Positions 13,316 through 26,563 of a DNA stretch of 64,000 nt are shown here, one piece after another. How positions within the stretch are numbered: the stretch's first letter is position 1; each line of letters begins with the position of its first letter. The notes below the pieces were generated by a model. That model did no database searches, was not told where the DNA came from, and saw nothing but the letters and a program-made list of their open reading frames with translations. The stretch is from positions 62,558,001-62,622,000 of the forward strand of contig OZ024744.1 in NCBI GenBank assembly GCA_964016885.1, in the 5' to 3' direction. The position numbers were made by a program, and so were the translations under genes. This DNA is from Eledone cirrhosa (Eukaryota).

Positions 13316-14349
13316 TTTCTTCCTGCTATATCAAGCGTTAACCTAATATATACCTTCCATATACTGTACCGATTGTGTTGTTATTTCTGTTTACCTTTTA
13401 CATACATATATATATATATAATTGGTGTGGGATGCTTAAAGCGTCCGTGTGCGGTAGGCCGTTTGAGCACTCGATGCTCTTACAGAGCAGAGTATAATAT
13501 CACATAAGAAACGGAGAATCAGTGGTGCAACGAATAAGATTTATTAGACATATTTCAATCGTTTCTCTGCAAAGCAGAGTTTCCAAATGTGGAAACTCTG
13601 CTTCATAGAATCGAGACGTATCTGACGACCTTGCGATTTCAGAGTCAGGTTCGATCATTAAATAAATCGTGCCTCTAGCTGGTCGCCAGAGAAACGATTG
13701 TAATATGTCTAATAAATTTTATTCGTCGCGAACACTGATTCTCAGTTTCTTATGTGATATATATATGTGTGTATGTGTGTATGTTGGTGTGTGTGTATGC
13801 GTGTATATGTATATGTTTGTATGTATATATATATATATATATATGTGTGTATTTGTGTTTGCAGACTAGTGTGTTTAAACACTAGTGTCTAATGAGCTCG
13901 CAGCTTTAGCGTATAAATGCATGTATGTATATATTCATGTATATATATATATCTACATATATATATATACATACTATATGTGTGTGTGTTTTTCTACCTG
14001 GAGTTGCGACCGACAGATAGTACTAGCAACTGGAAAGACCAACGGAAATATTGTTTCCTCGGTCCGATTTGACGAACATCGATCGATCCTTATATGTGTG
14101 TGTGTCCGTGTACATGTATGTGTGTGTATACATATATATATACATGTATGTATATATACATATATATATACACTTTACTTATACCTGAATGTGTGTATGT
14201 ATATGTATGCACACATATCTTTTTCTATATTTCTATATACTTTTATATATTTTTCTTACCCCTCATTTCCCGTTATTTTTCCAGCCTCACTTCCAATTTT
14301 TAACAGATTTTAAATCTCATTTCATACTTTCTATCCATAAGATCTCTGT

Positions 14350-14405
14350 CTGATAACCGATCCAGACGGATATTATTATTGTCTGGGTTCCAGAAACCTT
14401 TGGTA
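14350..14405 (+). ncRNA. Hammerhead-like motif with a G8>A change (PLE remnant)
   Basis: CTGATAA...TCCAGAC/GTCTGGG stem...GAAA-CC-ttt-GG-TA; the downstream sequence is related to 51702-51790. Confidence 0.5.
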
Positions 14406-14545
14406 ATGGAGTAGTTATATATTGTGTTGTTCACTTTCTAATTAAATAGCTCTGTTATATACATAGAGCACTCTTTTTTCCTTTGCCTTTCCTTCGGAAT
14501 TACCTAACACACACACACATATATATGGAAAAGAATCCCCAGTCA

Positions 14546-14584
14546 CTGAAGAGGTCACATAATGTGTGACGAAAGAACTTTGAC
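14546..14584 (+). ncRNA. Minimal hammerhead ribozyme core
   Basis: CTGAAGA-g-GTCACA-taatg-TGTGAC-GAAA; the cleavage triplet looks mutated; it sits next to a (CA)/(TA) tract. Confidence 0.6.
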
Positions 14585-14895
14585 AATATATGAACAATCA
14601 TCTGGTTGTGGAACCAACCAACCAACCAACCGGAAATTTATAAATTTATTATAATAAATTGAAGTGAAAGTAACTGGTGCGTGTGTTTCTTATTGGCAAC
14701 ATGACCCTCCCAAAGTATAACAATATCGGTTTCAACACATGTTTTCAGATAATGAATCTTGCTAAACAAATTCAGAAACAAAATAAATATGGTTTTATAA
14801 ATATAGTTTCCATTTATTTAATATCATTGAATATTTACTCCAGGAAACTGTTGAGTGAGTTATAAACATTTATATTTATATTTGTCGGATTTCCA

Positions 14896-14964
<69 letters not shown>

Positions 14965-16698
14965 AGGAAATTGGTTCATATCTTTGTCGCAATCCTTGTT
15001 TCCAAGGAGAAGGCAGTATAAGAAGGCAATAGTGAATTTTAAAAGAACCACAGATTTGGAAACCGTAACACAACAATGCCATACCAAATGAGCGTATAAG
15101 TATAAAATTTCTTATAGAATTTGTTGTTACAAAAACACAACAAAAAAACTATCTGTCTGTATTAATTTATATATTGTTCAATATATTCATTTCAGTTATT
15201 AGTTATATATGGGTTTATACTGCAATTAAAAAAATATATTTAATAGTTTCAAAGCCTGAAAATTAGATCTAACTATCCATTTTATCAATCCCTACTTATA
15301 TAGTTACAATGAGATGGGAAATCAACACAACTACTATAAAATTTATCTTGTCATACTGGTGAGGCAAAAAGATTTTTTACATAAGATAAAGAATATTTCC
15401 ATTGCTGACATTATCTCTTATATCTCCTGCCAGGAAGAGATAGAATTTGAACTCAGAACACACAGAACCAGATCAGATATTACAAGTCATCCTGCCTGTT
15501 TCTTTAAAAATACTGTCACCCCCACCTTCCCATCCTGACTAGTATTATATTCATTAAGCTCAAAAGAATGAAAGGTACAGTTGACCTCAGCAGGATTTGA
15601 ACTGAGCACACAGGACTGGAACAAATACCAAGGCATTTCATCCAACACTCTAAGGTTCTACCATTTCACTGTCATTTATTCATAATCAATTAACATTTGT
15701 TCTCCCTGCTAGCAAGGGTTGAGTGGACCATCACAGACTAAGTGAGTAAGTACTCAAGCTAACCTCACAGATAGGGCCTGGGCACCACATCTCATATATG
15801 ATCCTGCACTCTGAGTGTATTTTATTGAGGCACTAACAAGAAGGAAGTCATGTCTATGACAAAACAGACGCATTCTCCCGATCCTTTTTTTGGCAGGTTT
15901 TTCTACAGCTAGATGCCCTTCCTACCACCAACCACTTTACAGAATGTACAAGGTGCATTTATCACGTAGATCACCAGCACAAGAGAAATTATCTTTCCTT
16001 TGACATAACTGAATAGTCCTCTCAACCTTTTTATTATAAGGTAAACAATTTTTCAAAGAGCACATCTCGCCAGTTTCCCAGCTAGGTAAACACACATTTA
16101 TCCCAATTACAAAGACACTCCTTTTCAGACACTATATTTAATTAGTGAAACCTTTAATTAATACACTTCTCTGCAAAACACGCACATATACATACTCATC
16201 ATCATCATTTAATGTCTGTTTTCATGCTTGCATGGATTAGAAGGATTGTCGCTAGATTGATTAGGTGACCATGTCTTACTAGTATGTTCCATTTTTAGTT
16301 TGTTTCTACAGTTGGATGCCATTCTTAACATCAACCACTTTACAGTGTGAGCTGAGTGCATTTTATTGTGGAATATATAAATATTTAAAATAACTCATTA
16401 GTATATTAAACCTTAGAATTAAGCTGATAAAAAAAATAAAATATCATGATGATTTAACAATGCCATGTATAAATATATTTTTCATATTTGTTTTTCATAT
16501 GCAAAAGCTATATTAATTTCTAAGATTCTTAATATCTTTTTAAACAACCTTATAAATATTCTTTGCTATAAAATATTGTTTCGTTTAAATAAAAAAGGTA
16601 GAATGTGGAGAGTAAATTGAAAATTAAAATATTTTCAATTTTAAGACGGAAGGAGAATAAGGAACAATTTCCATTCAATCGCATTTGAAGAAACATAC

Positions 16699-16797
16699 CT
16701 TTTCTTCATGCATTGCTAGGTGATGTTCTGCCAACATTCGAATGCCCAGTCTCGAAGTTAAAGTACGATCCAGAAAGCCCTTTATCAAGTTGTCATC
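16699..16797 (-). CDS. BCKDK: BCKDK coding exon 6 ([33 protein letters not shown])
   Basis: [17 protein letters not shown] motif; ttttag| and |gtatgt; 99 bp. Confidence 0.97.
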
Positions 16798-17369
16798 CTA
16801 AAATCAGATACATTCAATATTACCAAGATGTAAATAATTAATAAAATATTAAAAATTGTGTGTGTGTGCATCGTCATCATTTTAACATCCGCTTTCTATA
16901 CTGACATAGATTCCGAGTCAGTTCATATTCAGAGTTACTGACCAACTAGACACATCAGAAGATGACATCTCCACAACCAATTTATAAAGTGTACTGGGTG
17001 TGTTTATTGTAACACCAGCACTGAACATAACTAAAATGACCACCAAAGTAGTCACTGTTTGATTGCCAACAACTTTACAGAATGAACGGAGTGCATTTTA
17101 TCATGGCACCAACACAAAAAGGTTTCCCCCCCTTACTAAAAGATCCTCTCCACTTTATAAATCATCACTGTTCATTTAATAGAAATACACTTAGAATGAT
17201 GATTAGAAGGTGACATCCAATAGGTTGATAGTTGAGAGAGTGTGAATGACAGGGATAGAAAGGTATATAAGACAAAGAATAAGAGTGGTAGATATGTACT
17301 GATTGTTGAAAAGGAAAAATAAAATTTACAAATCACAACTATGCAGGTTTAGTATATCCCAGTGATGAG

Positions 17370-17421
<52 letters not shown>

Positions 17422-17739
17422 GGTGATGGCATGAGAAAGAGAGGGACTGTGATATATAGCAAAAATGTAGTGTGATGGTAGGAGAGAGAGAGAGAGAGGG
17501 TAAAAGATTGCTATCGTGTGGTGTGATGGTGGAAGAGAGACCGAGATAGAGACAGTGGTAGATAGCATAGTGTGATGAGAAAGAGAAAGTGTTAGATTGC
17601 TATAGTGTAGTGTGATGGTGAGAGAGAGGTAGCAACAGTGTAGGTTGATGATAGGAAAGTGAGATAGACAGTGGTAGATAGCAATAGTGTAGTGTGATGG
17701 TAGGAAATATATACACACACATATATATAGAGAGAGATG

Positions 17740-18140
17740 AATTCAGTGTTGCAGCATATGTACAAACTTTATTTGCATATTACAGTTCTGACGATGTTGA
17801 AACAGAGTGGAGATTGTTCAGCTTGGCAGTGTCTACTTTAGCTGTTATATGCTGTGGGTGAAAGTGGCTTGGTGTGACACCTGGTGGCAGGAGGACACAT
17901 TGGTTCAAACAAATGGACTTACAAAGCTTGGCTTGGAAATAAGTCTGCTTTCTTGCACTTGTGGTACAAGCATGCACAAAAAGTCAAAGCAGAGACAGTA
18001 AAAGCATCCACAGTTAAGACATGGGAGGACTTTGGGATGAAGTTGGAATCTGAGTACAGATCAGCAAATTAAGTGTTTTGGCAGACCATCTGCCGATTTC
18101 GTAATAAGAAGTCACCCTTCACACTTGCTGTCAGGAATGC
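17740..18140 (+). mobile_element. Degenerate RTE (Expander-like) LINE fragment, EN-RT linker region
   Basis: Translates ...KTWEDFGMKLESEYRSAN*VFWQTICRFR, resembling the WEEFG..ME.D...FWQT.RRLR linker. Confidence 0.6.
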
Positions 18141-19239
18141 AGTTGTTATTGTTCTATATTGTATGAGACCCTTAATAGAAATTCTCTTGTTCTAATGGAA
18201 GATGTAGTTATTTAACTGTGTGCGGTGTAAAAATATTAAAAATATATATCGATAGATATAGGAAGCTTAAGTATAAATTAAAATAATACAAATGACAAAA
18301 TAAAAATAAGTTTTAAAATTTAATGTTGATTTATTTTATTGATAATTAATATGACTTCATATTCTAAACAGTATGCAAATAAGAATATGTGCTATTTATA
18401 TTGATATAAGTCTTATATATTAAATGTGTCAACCAAATTTTATTATTTATATGCTAACTGAGAGAGAGATAGCAATAGTGTAGAGATGGTAGGAAAGAGA
18501 CAGTGGTAGATAGCAATAGGGAAGTATGATGGTAATTATGAAAGACACATGGTAGCTGAAAATCTAATGAAAAAGAGAAAGTGATGGTATATAGATTTTA
18601 TGGTTAACTAAATATGTGTGTACCACATATCAATGAACATTTCATAGGGAAAAACAGCACTATATATAAATGGCATCTGGCAAAATTCACTGTCTACTCT
18701 GTAGGGTGGTTGTCATTGGGAAAGGTGTCCAGCCATAGAAAACCAAACCAAAAACAGTTAATATGAACAAGACATGGTCACCTGACCTGTCTAGCTTCAT
18801 AAAATGACAGCCTGTTTAACTCCTGCAACCATGGGAAGTAACAAATTAGGCAGTAATAATGAGAGTGAGAAGCGGGGGAGGCTGACTGTAAATGTTGAAC
18901 TGTGTCGGAACTCAAACATTCCTCATTACAGAAGCACAGTGTTGAAAGTTTCATAAAATTGTAGAAGATTGAGGTTGAGAGAGATGTAAAATGATAATAA
19001 TGGATGTTGCTTGGGGAGTTGAGTACAGGAATGTCAAATACCCATCACTCATTACTTAGCATGGTACAGTGAATAAGATTGATAGATGAGAAGATAGTGA
19101 ATGGAGACACACACACATAGATACAGAGAGAGATTTCTACGGATATATAACAGCCAGAAACATATATCCAAGAATATACCATCTTCATCATCATCAATTA
19201 ACATCCATTTTTCCATGGGCATGTGTGTATGTATGTACA

Positions 19240-19665
19240 CTTTATCATGGCAGGAGGTTGTTGTGTCCATGACATGACTGACAAGTGCTCTCAACTCTCT
19301 GACATATTTTCTGGGTGCCTCTCCTAACACTAACTACTTCATAGGGTGTACTGGGCACATTTTATCATGGCACCAGCACTAGGGAGGTTGTTGTGTCATT
19401 GACGTAACTAATGAGTCCTTTCAACCCTTTGTTTGACATATTTTCTATAGCTGGGTACCTTTCTTAACACTAACTACTTGATAGGGTGTACTGGGTACAT
19501 TTTATCATGTCTCCAGCACTAGGGAGGTTGTGTCCATGACATGACTAACTAGTCCTCTCAACCCTTTGTTTCACATGTTTTCTATAGCTGGGTGCCTTTC
19601 CTAACACTAACTTTATAGGGTGTACTGGGTATATTTTATCATGGTACCAGCACTAGGGAGATTGT
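19240..19665. repeat. Tandem array (~3.5 units of ~130 bp) derived from a SINE interior
   Basis: ATAGGGTGTACTGGG.ACATTTTATCATG..ACCAGCACTAGGGAG recurs at ~19341, 19482 and 19615. Confidence 0.8.
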
Positions 19666-20253
19666 CAGGTGTTTGGTTAAAAGACCCACCCTGCCCTATG
19701 ATGTTACCAGCTAAATGTTTACAATTACACAGAATATACCAAGTATATTTTATAGTGCCACCAACTCTAGTTGAATGTAGCCTTGTTCTAATGCAGAGGT
19801 GATGGGATATATGAGAGTGATGTGAGGAAAACAGGAGGATTTATAAAGGAGAAAGTGGGACAGGGATGATGAGATAACAGTAAAGAGTGATGGTGGAGGG
19901 TGTCAAATGTCACATTCCACCACATGGTTTTGGTATGATGTAGTAGGTGAGGTGGGAGTAAAGATTGTAGCAGGAGAAATGACGGGATCAAGGAGTTAAG
20001 GGCCTATCACATACACATATATATATGCATATGTGTGTATGTATACATATTTGTGTGTGTGTGTGTGTATGGGTATTTATGAGTGTGTATGATATATGCA
20101 TGTATATAAATGTAATATATTCCCAATTAATGAGTAACACAATAATACAAACAAAATCAGATTAAATTTGAGGGTTGTTTTGTGCGAGTTTGCATGCATT
20201 TATAATGTCTAATATGATTTTCATATAAAATCCTAACTGTTAATTCCAGTTAC

Positions 20254-20373
20254 CTTGATATGTTTTCGAGATTCTCCAAGACCCTCAGCTAATAAGGAGA
20301 CCACATCTTTGTGGTCGTCCAATAAACTTTTCAATGTTTGACTATATTTTTGTTCATCATCAAAGTTATGAAT
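20254..20373 (-). CDS. BCKDK: BCKDK coding exon 5 (IHNFDDEQKYSQTLKSLLDDHKDVVSLLAEGLGESRKHIK)
   Basis: LLDDHKDVV.LLAEGL.ESRKHI motif; ttgcag| and |gtaact; 120 bp. Confidence 0.97.
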
Positions 20374-20657
20374 CTGCAAATAAAAATTAAGAAATATTCT
20401 TTTAAAAGCAAATAAATACATATTAAACAAAACCTCATGAATTAATTGGGGAGTGTTTGAAATTTGAAAATGTGAGACTCCCAAATGCAGAAAATTACTC
20501 CAATAACTTGACTACTACAGTTGAAAAAATTGAGTAAACTAAAAGGTAATTTACCAAATTTTCTCAACTATTATCAAATGATTGACTTTTATTACAGTTA
20601 TTTTCAGCATTTAGGATTCTTACATTTTTAATAAATACTACTTTAACATTCTCAGCG

Positions 20658-20879
20658 TCTCCCAGCCTACTTTGTGAAAGATCTCTGCAAAATGAGTCAG
20701 TTCTATCGAGTATGTCTTTAACACTTCTGATACCAACCAACCTACATGAAACCTGGTTCTGTGATAATAATGAGAAAGTTAGTTATATTACTAAATCCTG
20801 CCAAATTCTTGATTATTTTCAAAATTATTTGAAAATGAAAAACAGTCTTTCATTAAAAATATGGTAATGAAAGGGTTAA
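20658..20879. mobile_element. Second TTAA-type (piggyBac-like) MITE family, degenerate; relatives near 870-1118, 34343-34640, 42777-43080, 43379-43587, 45154-45300
   Basis: Ends read TTAACCC.TT..TTACCATATTTCT and TGGTATCAAAA.GGTTAA. Confidence 0.6.
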
Positions 20880-21914
20880 TGTGTTCATATTTTTGCAAAA
20901 ACCTTCCATCATAATTTTATGTCAAAACTTTTAAGTTATGTTCCAAACAACATCTTGATAATGAGAAAGTTAGTTATATTAATAAATCTCTCTAAATTCA
21001 TTATTTTCAAAATGATGAGGACAGTGGATTGGTAGTATCAGTAAAGCGTCAGATAACATGTGCAACATATAGTTACGGCCTTTTGAATTCTGAGTTCAAA
21101 TCCCACTAAGGTGAACTTTGCCTTTTATCAGAACACTCGGTAGTGTGCAGGGATGTATGTAAGCGAGATTCAGACCCCCGCCTTCCCGGCCCATCTTGAT
21201 TGGTAGCTCTACTTGAGAACTGACTTGGTCTGAGACAACCGTTCTAACTCTGACTAACAGCAAAATGGACGTTAAATGATTTGTTTGTCGAGTGGTTTTG
21301 AAGGTTGGTGGATTTTGTGTGATGTCACCTTCTGTTATAGACAGTAAGTTATTTGCCAAATTTGCAAAGTCGGAACAAGGGCATCATGTCCAAGGTGGAA
21401 TATCTGATGCAGCAGGTATCACTGGCTATTCTCTGCAACAATTCCTTTGCCCTTTTGTCCACTGTGGGGCACAACTAAGACATACGGCCCAGCCAAGGAT
21501 GTAAAATTTGCCTCCCTACCCCTTTGTTTTTCTTTTTACCTATTTTGAATATTTTGCACAAAGTGTACATGAGACTGCCATTCTCAAAATAGGCCACTTA
21601 TGTCACATATAAGCTGAACCATAACTATTGTACATCCAATGCACAACTGCACAATCTCCCGACATTGCTGGATGCCTCAGATATTTTGAATAGTTGAAGT
21701 TGCTTATTAACTCACAATACATATCATGTACACAATCAAAACACAATGAAAACACAATCTAAACTATAATAAAGGGAGGAGTGTGGGACAGTGTCCAGAA
21801 TATATTTTTCTATTCCGTTTGTAAAATAAGTTGGATTACTTTGAATAAATAATTAATGAATATTACCAAATTTATCTACTAAATTTCATTATTCTTGATT
21901 AAATATAAATAATT

Positions 21915-22193
21915 TTGTCGCTTATTTTAAGATTCACTTCTTTAAAATGTTCAAATGTCAACACTTCCGGCTAGCGATCACTTCAATAAACAGTCATATA
22001 TTTCTGTCAATGGATTACATTACTGATTACATAAGACAGTGTAACATAGTCTTCATTCAATTTCTGTGTATATTGTCAATTACGATTTTATTTGATGTAT
22101 CATATCTACATGTAATATATACTTGCGTATAATATCAATATACACACTACACAGGCTAGCAGAAAACCACCTAAAGGCTGGTTTTTCTGCTAG
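21915..22193 (+). mobile_element. Non-autonomous Helitron-like element; related copy at ~24378-24537
   Basis: Shared GCTTATTTTAAGATTCACTTCT...TTCAAATGTCAAC block; ends in a hairpin plus CTAG|T. Confidence 0.5.
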
Positions 22194-22255
22194 TTTATAT
22201 GATATTATATGTATGTGAAATAAAAAAGTGCTAAAATGTTAGTGAAATGACTTAC

Positions 22256-22303
22256 GCTTGGAAATTCAGTTAAAATGTTGAATGCTCGAATGTACATTTC
22301 ATG
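22256..22303 (-). CDS. BCKDK: BCKDK coding exon 4 (HEMYIRAFNILTEFPS)
   Basis: cttttag| and |gtaagt; 48 bp; matches HELYIRAF..LTDFP. Confidence 0.95.
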
Positions 22304-22719
22304 CTAAAAGAGAAAAAGAATATCAACCATTTCATTATAAAATATTAGAAAAAGATCTAAAAAAGAAAATAAAAAAGCAATTATTATAAAAATTCATCAT
22401 TATTCGACTGCAGTAGCAGGCAGCCATAATCCTCCACCACCCGTTGCAGTTCTCATTATCAGTTGTATAGATACCACAAGGTAACATTTCTAACAATTCC
22501 ACCAATACACTGTCATGGACTAATGGTACTTACTTTTATCAACTCTTGAAAGAATGAAAGGCATTGTTGACCTTTGTGGGAATTGAACTGAGAGTGCAGA
22601 GAGCTGGAACAAATACAAGATATTCTATTCAATGCTGTAGAGATTCTCCCAGTTCGGAACTTTTGAAAAAATATCAGATTTGACAATTAACTTTATTCCT
22701 GAACATTCTTTTCTGTGAT

Positions 22720-23180
22720 CAATGTGTCGTATGATGTATGGATATATTCAGAAAGGTTGTTTCTGTATGAATACACTCAGTTACCAGGTAGGCTCTTTAG
22801 AAGTTATTGAGAGCTTCTGTTATCTAGGTGACCTAATCAGCAAAGGAGATAGATGTTCTGAAAGTGTAATAACCAGGATAAAGACAGGCTAGAAGAAGTT
22901 TAAGGAGCTGGTACCTCTATTGACAATAAAGAGATTCTCTTTCAGAGTGAAAAGTAGATTGTATGATGCTTGTGTGCATACTGCAATGCTGCATGGCGGT
23001 GAAACATGGGCAATGAAACTTGATTGCAGAAGACCTGCAATAGCTTGAATGAAAAATATGCTTTGATAGATGTGTAATATTAGTGTGTATGAGCGACATA
23101 GCATAAGTGAACTGAGAGGAAAACTTGGTATGAGGAATTGGATGTAGTGTGCAAGAGAGAAGTATTTGCTGGTGAAAACC
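22720..23180 (+). mobile_element. Degenerate RTE LINE fragment
   Basis: Translates LEVIESFCYLGDLI...RIKTG*KKFKELVPLLT...RLYDACV..AMLHG.ETW; homologous to 32366-34114. Confidence 0.85.
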
Positions 23181-24540
23181 CAGTTGCCAGCATAAAATGA
23201 GACCTGTCCTATCCCCTTGTCCTCCACCTTCTACCAGCACTTCCTAGTAAGTATCCACACCATCACTGCACCCATCCTTCCAAGCCTCCTCTAGTATTAC
23301 TCAGTTACTCTGCCTGCCTCTAAAGCCCTTAGATACCCACACTATTGCATCCTTCTAACCACTCACTCCACCCCAGATATTCCAGTCTACACTTATATAT
23401 TGTCCCAATCACTACACCTTTCAAATCCTAACACATGGAGTGTGTGTCCCCTCCTCCTACTCCCACACTTTCCATTCCCCTACAACTATCTCTGCTCTCC
23501 TTAGGTGTTCTTACCACCAGTACATCCCTTTCCTCTTATGAGGAAGTTACCTCTTCCCCTTCCCCACACATTACTGTCTCAAATCCCACCATATTTGCCA
23601 TACACCCATAAAATCATACTTACCTCCCTTCTCTTGCCCCCCCCCCCACAGAGCAGGGAGTGTTCTTCAGTTGGGACAATGACCAACAACCTCTCTAGCA
23701 TTGGTGTCACAAAAATGCACCCTATGGACCTTGAAGGTGGTTGGAGATACACACCAGAGAAGAAACAATACCTAAAGGGTTGAGAGGACCCTTACGTTGT
23801 ATCAAAAGGGCAACAACCCCTTTAGTGTTGATAATCTACACAATAAATGCACCAAGTTCACGCTGTAAAGTGGTCGGTGATAGAAAAAGCATCTAACCAT
23901 AGACAGCTTGCCAGAAAAAGGGTTTGGAGGATTCTTCAGTTGTGCCAAAGACATGATAAACTTTTTGTACTGGTGCACTCGGTAGAACGTGGGACCATAT
24001 GTAAGTGAGATGTGGATACTTTGCCTGTCTGGAAGGTTAGTAGCTCTGCTTCAGTACAGACCTGTCCAACCCTTGCTAGCAGGGAAAGTAGATGTTAAAT
24101 GAAGATGATGATAAATGGTTTTTCATCCAGGCACAACACCAGCAATTAATAACAATGACAATCTTATATATAATTGTTTCTACTTTTGGCACAAGGCCAG
24201 CAATTACCCAGTACATTACTGGTACTTTATTTTGTCGACCCCGTAAGGATGAAAGGCAAAGTTGACCTCAACGGGATTTGAACTCAGAATGGAAAGGGCC
24301 GTAACACTATGCGTCAAAGCATGACGTCTGACCCTCTACCGATACTGCCAATCCACCGCCCTTATATATATATAATGTATTGCTTATTTTAAGATTCACT
24401 TCTGTTAAAACTTTCAAATGTCAACTTCTGTTAGCGTTCATATCATAACATTTCGCCGTAATGCTGTTTATTTACATATCACATCTATATGCATATATAT
24501 ATTAGTGCATAATATCAGTGGGCAGTTCTTCTGCTAGTAG

Positions 24541-26254
24541 TCATCATCATCATCTTCGTTTAACGTCCATCTTCCATGCTAGCATGGGTTAGACGGGAGT
24601 TGTCCCACTTGAGGCAAGGCTGGTCGGGTGACCGTGTCTCACTCATATAGGACTATCTGGCAGGTTTTCTATGGCTGGATGCCCTTCCTAACACCAACCA
24701 CATTTACAGTGTGGAACTGGGAACTTTTTACCATGTTACCTACACGACCACATTACAGCGTGGACTGTGTTTTTTTTTTGTTATGACACCTACACGATCT
24801 CGATCTCATTTATTTGGACTGGATATTGTGGTACCAACTTTACAGAGAGAGGGTGGTGTTAGTGGGAGTGGGAGGATAGGGTAGGGGTAGTGGATTGGGG
24901 TGTATATTTGGTCAAGAGGTGCCTACTGACTGTAGGTTTCGCTTTGTACATAGGCAAGGCGGGTCTTCTGTATTACTGCGTAGCGCCAAAGATCTCGGTC
25001 CAGTGACATTGTCTTAGAGAGGTGCAAGTGTGTAAGGTCGGAATTTATCAGATCATCCCAGGTTTTTCTGGGTCTACCTACTCCGTAATTACCATCAATT
25101 TTGATCGCCCTGCACTTTTTTATACAGCTGTCATCTTTCATGCGTATCACGTGTCCATACCAACATAGCCTTCTTTCAAGTAAACAACATCTGATCCCTC
25201 TTATTCCTAATTTCTCACTTAGTTCACGTATATTACTATTACACATCCACTTCCTTTCCAGTCTGCGCAGGTTTTCTGCACAGAATGCCCATGTCTCACT
25301 GCCATGTAGTATTGCTGTTCGTATACAACAGGCATCATACAATCTGCCTTTCATTTTTAGAGAGAAACCTTTTGTGGCCATCAGCAGTATAAGCTTTCTG
25401 AACTTTTTCCATCTCGTTCTGACTCTGGCTACTGTACTTTCAGAAAACCCTCCACCACTGCTGATTTCGTCACCCAGGTAACGGAAAGTGTCTACTATTT
25501 CTATAGAACCATCTGGGCAATAGAAGGAGCTAGTATCGTGTGGACATTTGCTACTTATTGCACCCGAGCATCAGCCACATATAAAGTCTATGTTCTTAGA
25601 TAGTTTACCTGTGATCCCACTACATCTTTTATGTACCCATACTTTCCATTTGGGACATAAAATGGAATTTCTGCCTACTCCTTTCCTACACACAGAGCAT
25701 GGCCATTTCCCCGAAGGCACCTGTGCCCTATTTTCCTTTCTACAAACTAGAACTTTAATCTTAGACAAGTTAATTTTAAGGCCTTTTGATTCTAGGCCGT
25801 GCTTCCACGTTTGGAATTTCTTCTCTAGTTCGGTCATTGATTCAGCTATGAGCGTTAGATCATCTGCATATAGGAGTTCCCATGGGCAGCTGGTCTTGAA
25901 CTTCTCTGTTATAGCCTGAAGGGCAATAATAAATAGTAGGGGGCTAAGAACAGAGCCCCGATGAACAACTTTTACGCTAAACTCTTCACTATATTCGTTG
26001 TTAATTCTAACCTTGCTGACTGTTTCTTTATACATGGCTTGTATAGCTCTCACAAGCCATTCATCAACACCTAGTTTTCTAAGGGCCCACCATATAATGG
26101 AGCGGGGGACTCTGTCGAAGGCTTTCTCCAAGTCGACAAAAGCTAAGTATAGGGGTTTACTTTTAGCTAGGTACTTCTCCTGTAGTTGTCGTACAAGGAA
26201 AAGAGCGTCTGTGGTACTTTTGCCTGACACAAACCCGAACTGCATTTCATCTAG
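24541..26254 (-). mobile_element. 5'-truncated RTE-clade LINE (RT, PHD finger, 3' UTR and (GAT)n tail), sense to BCKDK, in intron 3
   Basis: [24 protein letters not shown] and YADDL motifs; stop and frameshifts downstream; tail GGACGTTAAACGAAGATGATGAT. Confidence 0.93.
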
Positions 26255-26452
26255 TAATAATAACAATAATAACAATAACAACAATAGCCATAGGTAGAAA
26301 AGAAAACAAAAAAAACAAAACAAATCATGTTCTCTGTTGGCCAGAACCACAAGAATTAACTTGTTAAAATTAAAACTAAATTTAGAGTTGTAAAATAGAA
26401 AATATAAGAAAAAAATATATATCAAAAATATATAAAATAAAAATAAAATTAC

Positions 26453-26563
26453 CACTTGTAAAATTGTTGGATTGCAGCCAACAATAAATGGTAGGCCTCT
26501 GAAACCTCCAATTCTGTGAGCAATTCGTACAGGCAGTTCTTTGTGAAGATACTGGGCACTTCT
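26453..26563 (-). CDS. BCKDK: BCKDK coding exon 3 ([37 protein letters not shown])
   Basis: ELPVRIAHR...[12 protein letters not shown] is the hallmark of the BCKDK/PDK N-terminal domain; ccacag| and |gtaatt; 111 bp. Confidence 0.97.

Noticed and set aside
11287-15091. Numerous Cys/Val/Tyr/Ile-rich ORFs
   Set aside because: They are translations of (TA)n and (TG)n microsatellites and inverted repeats.
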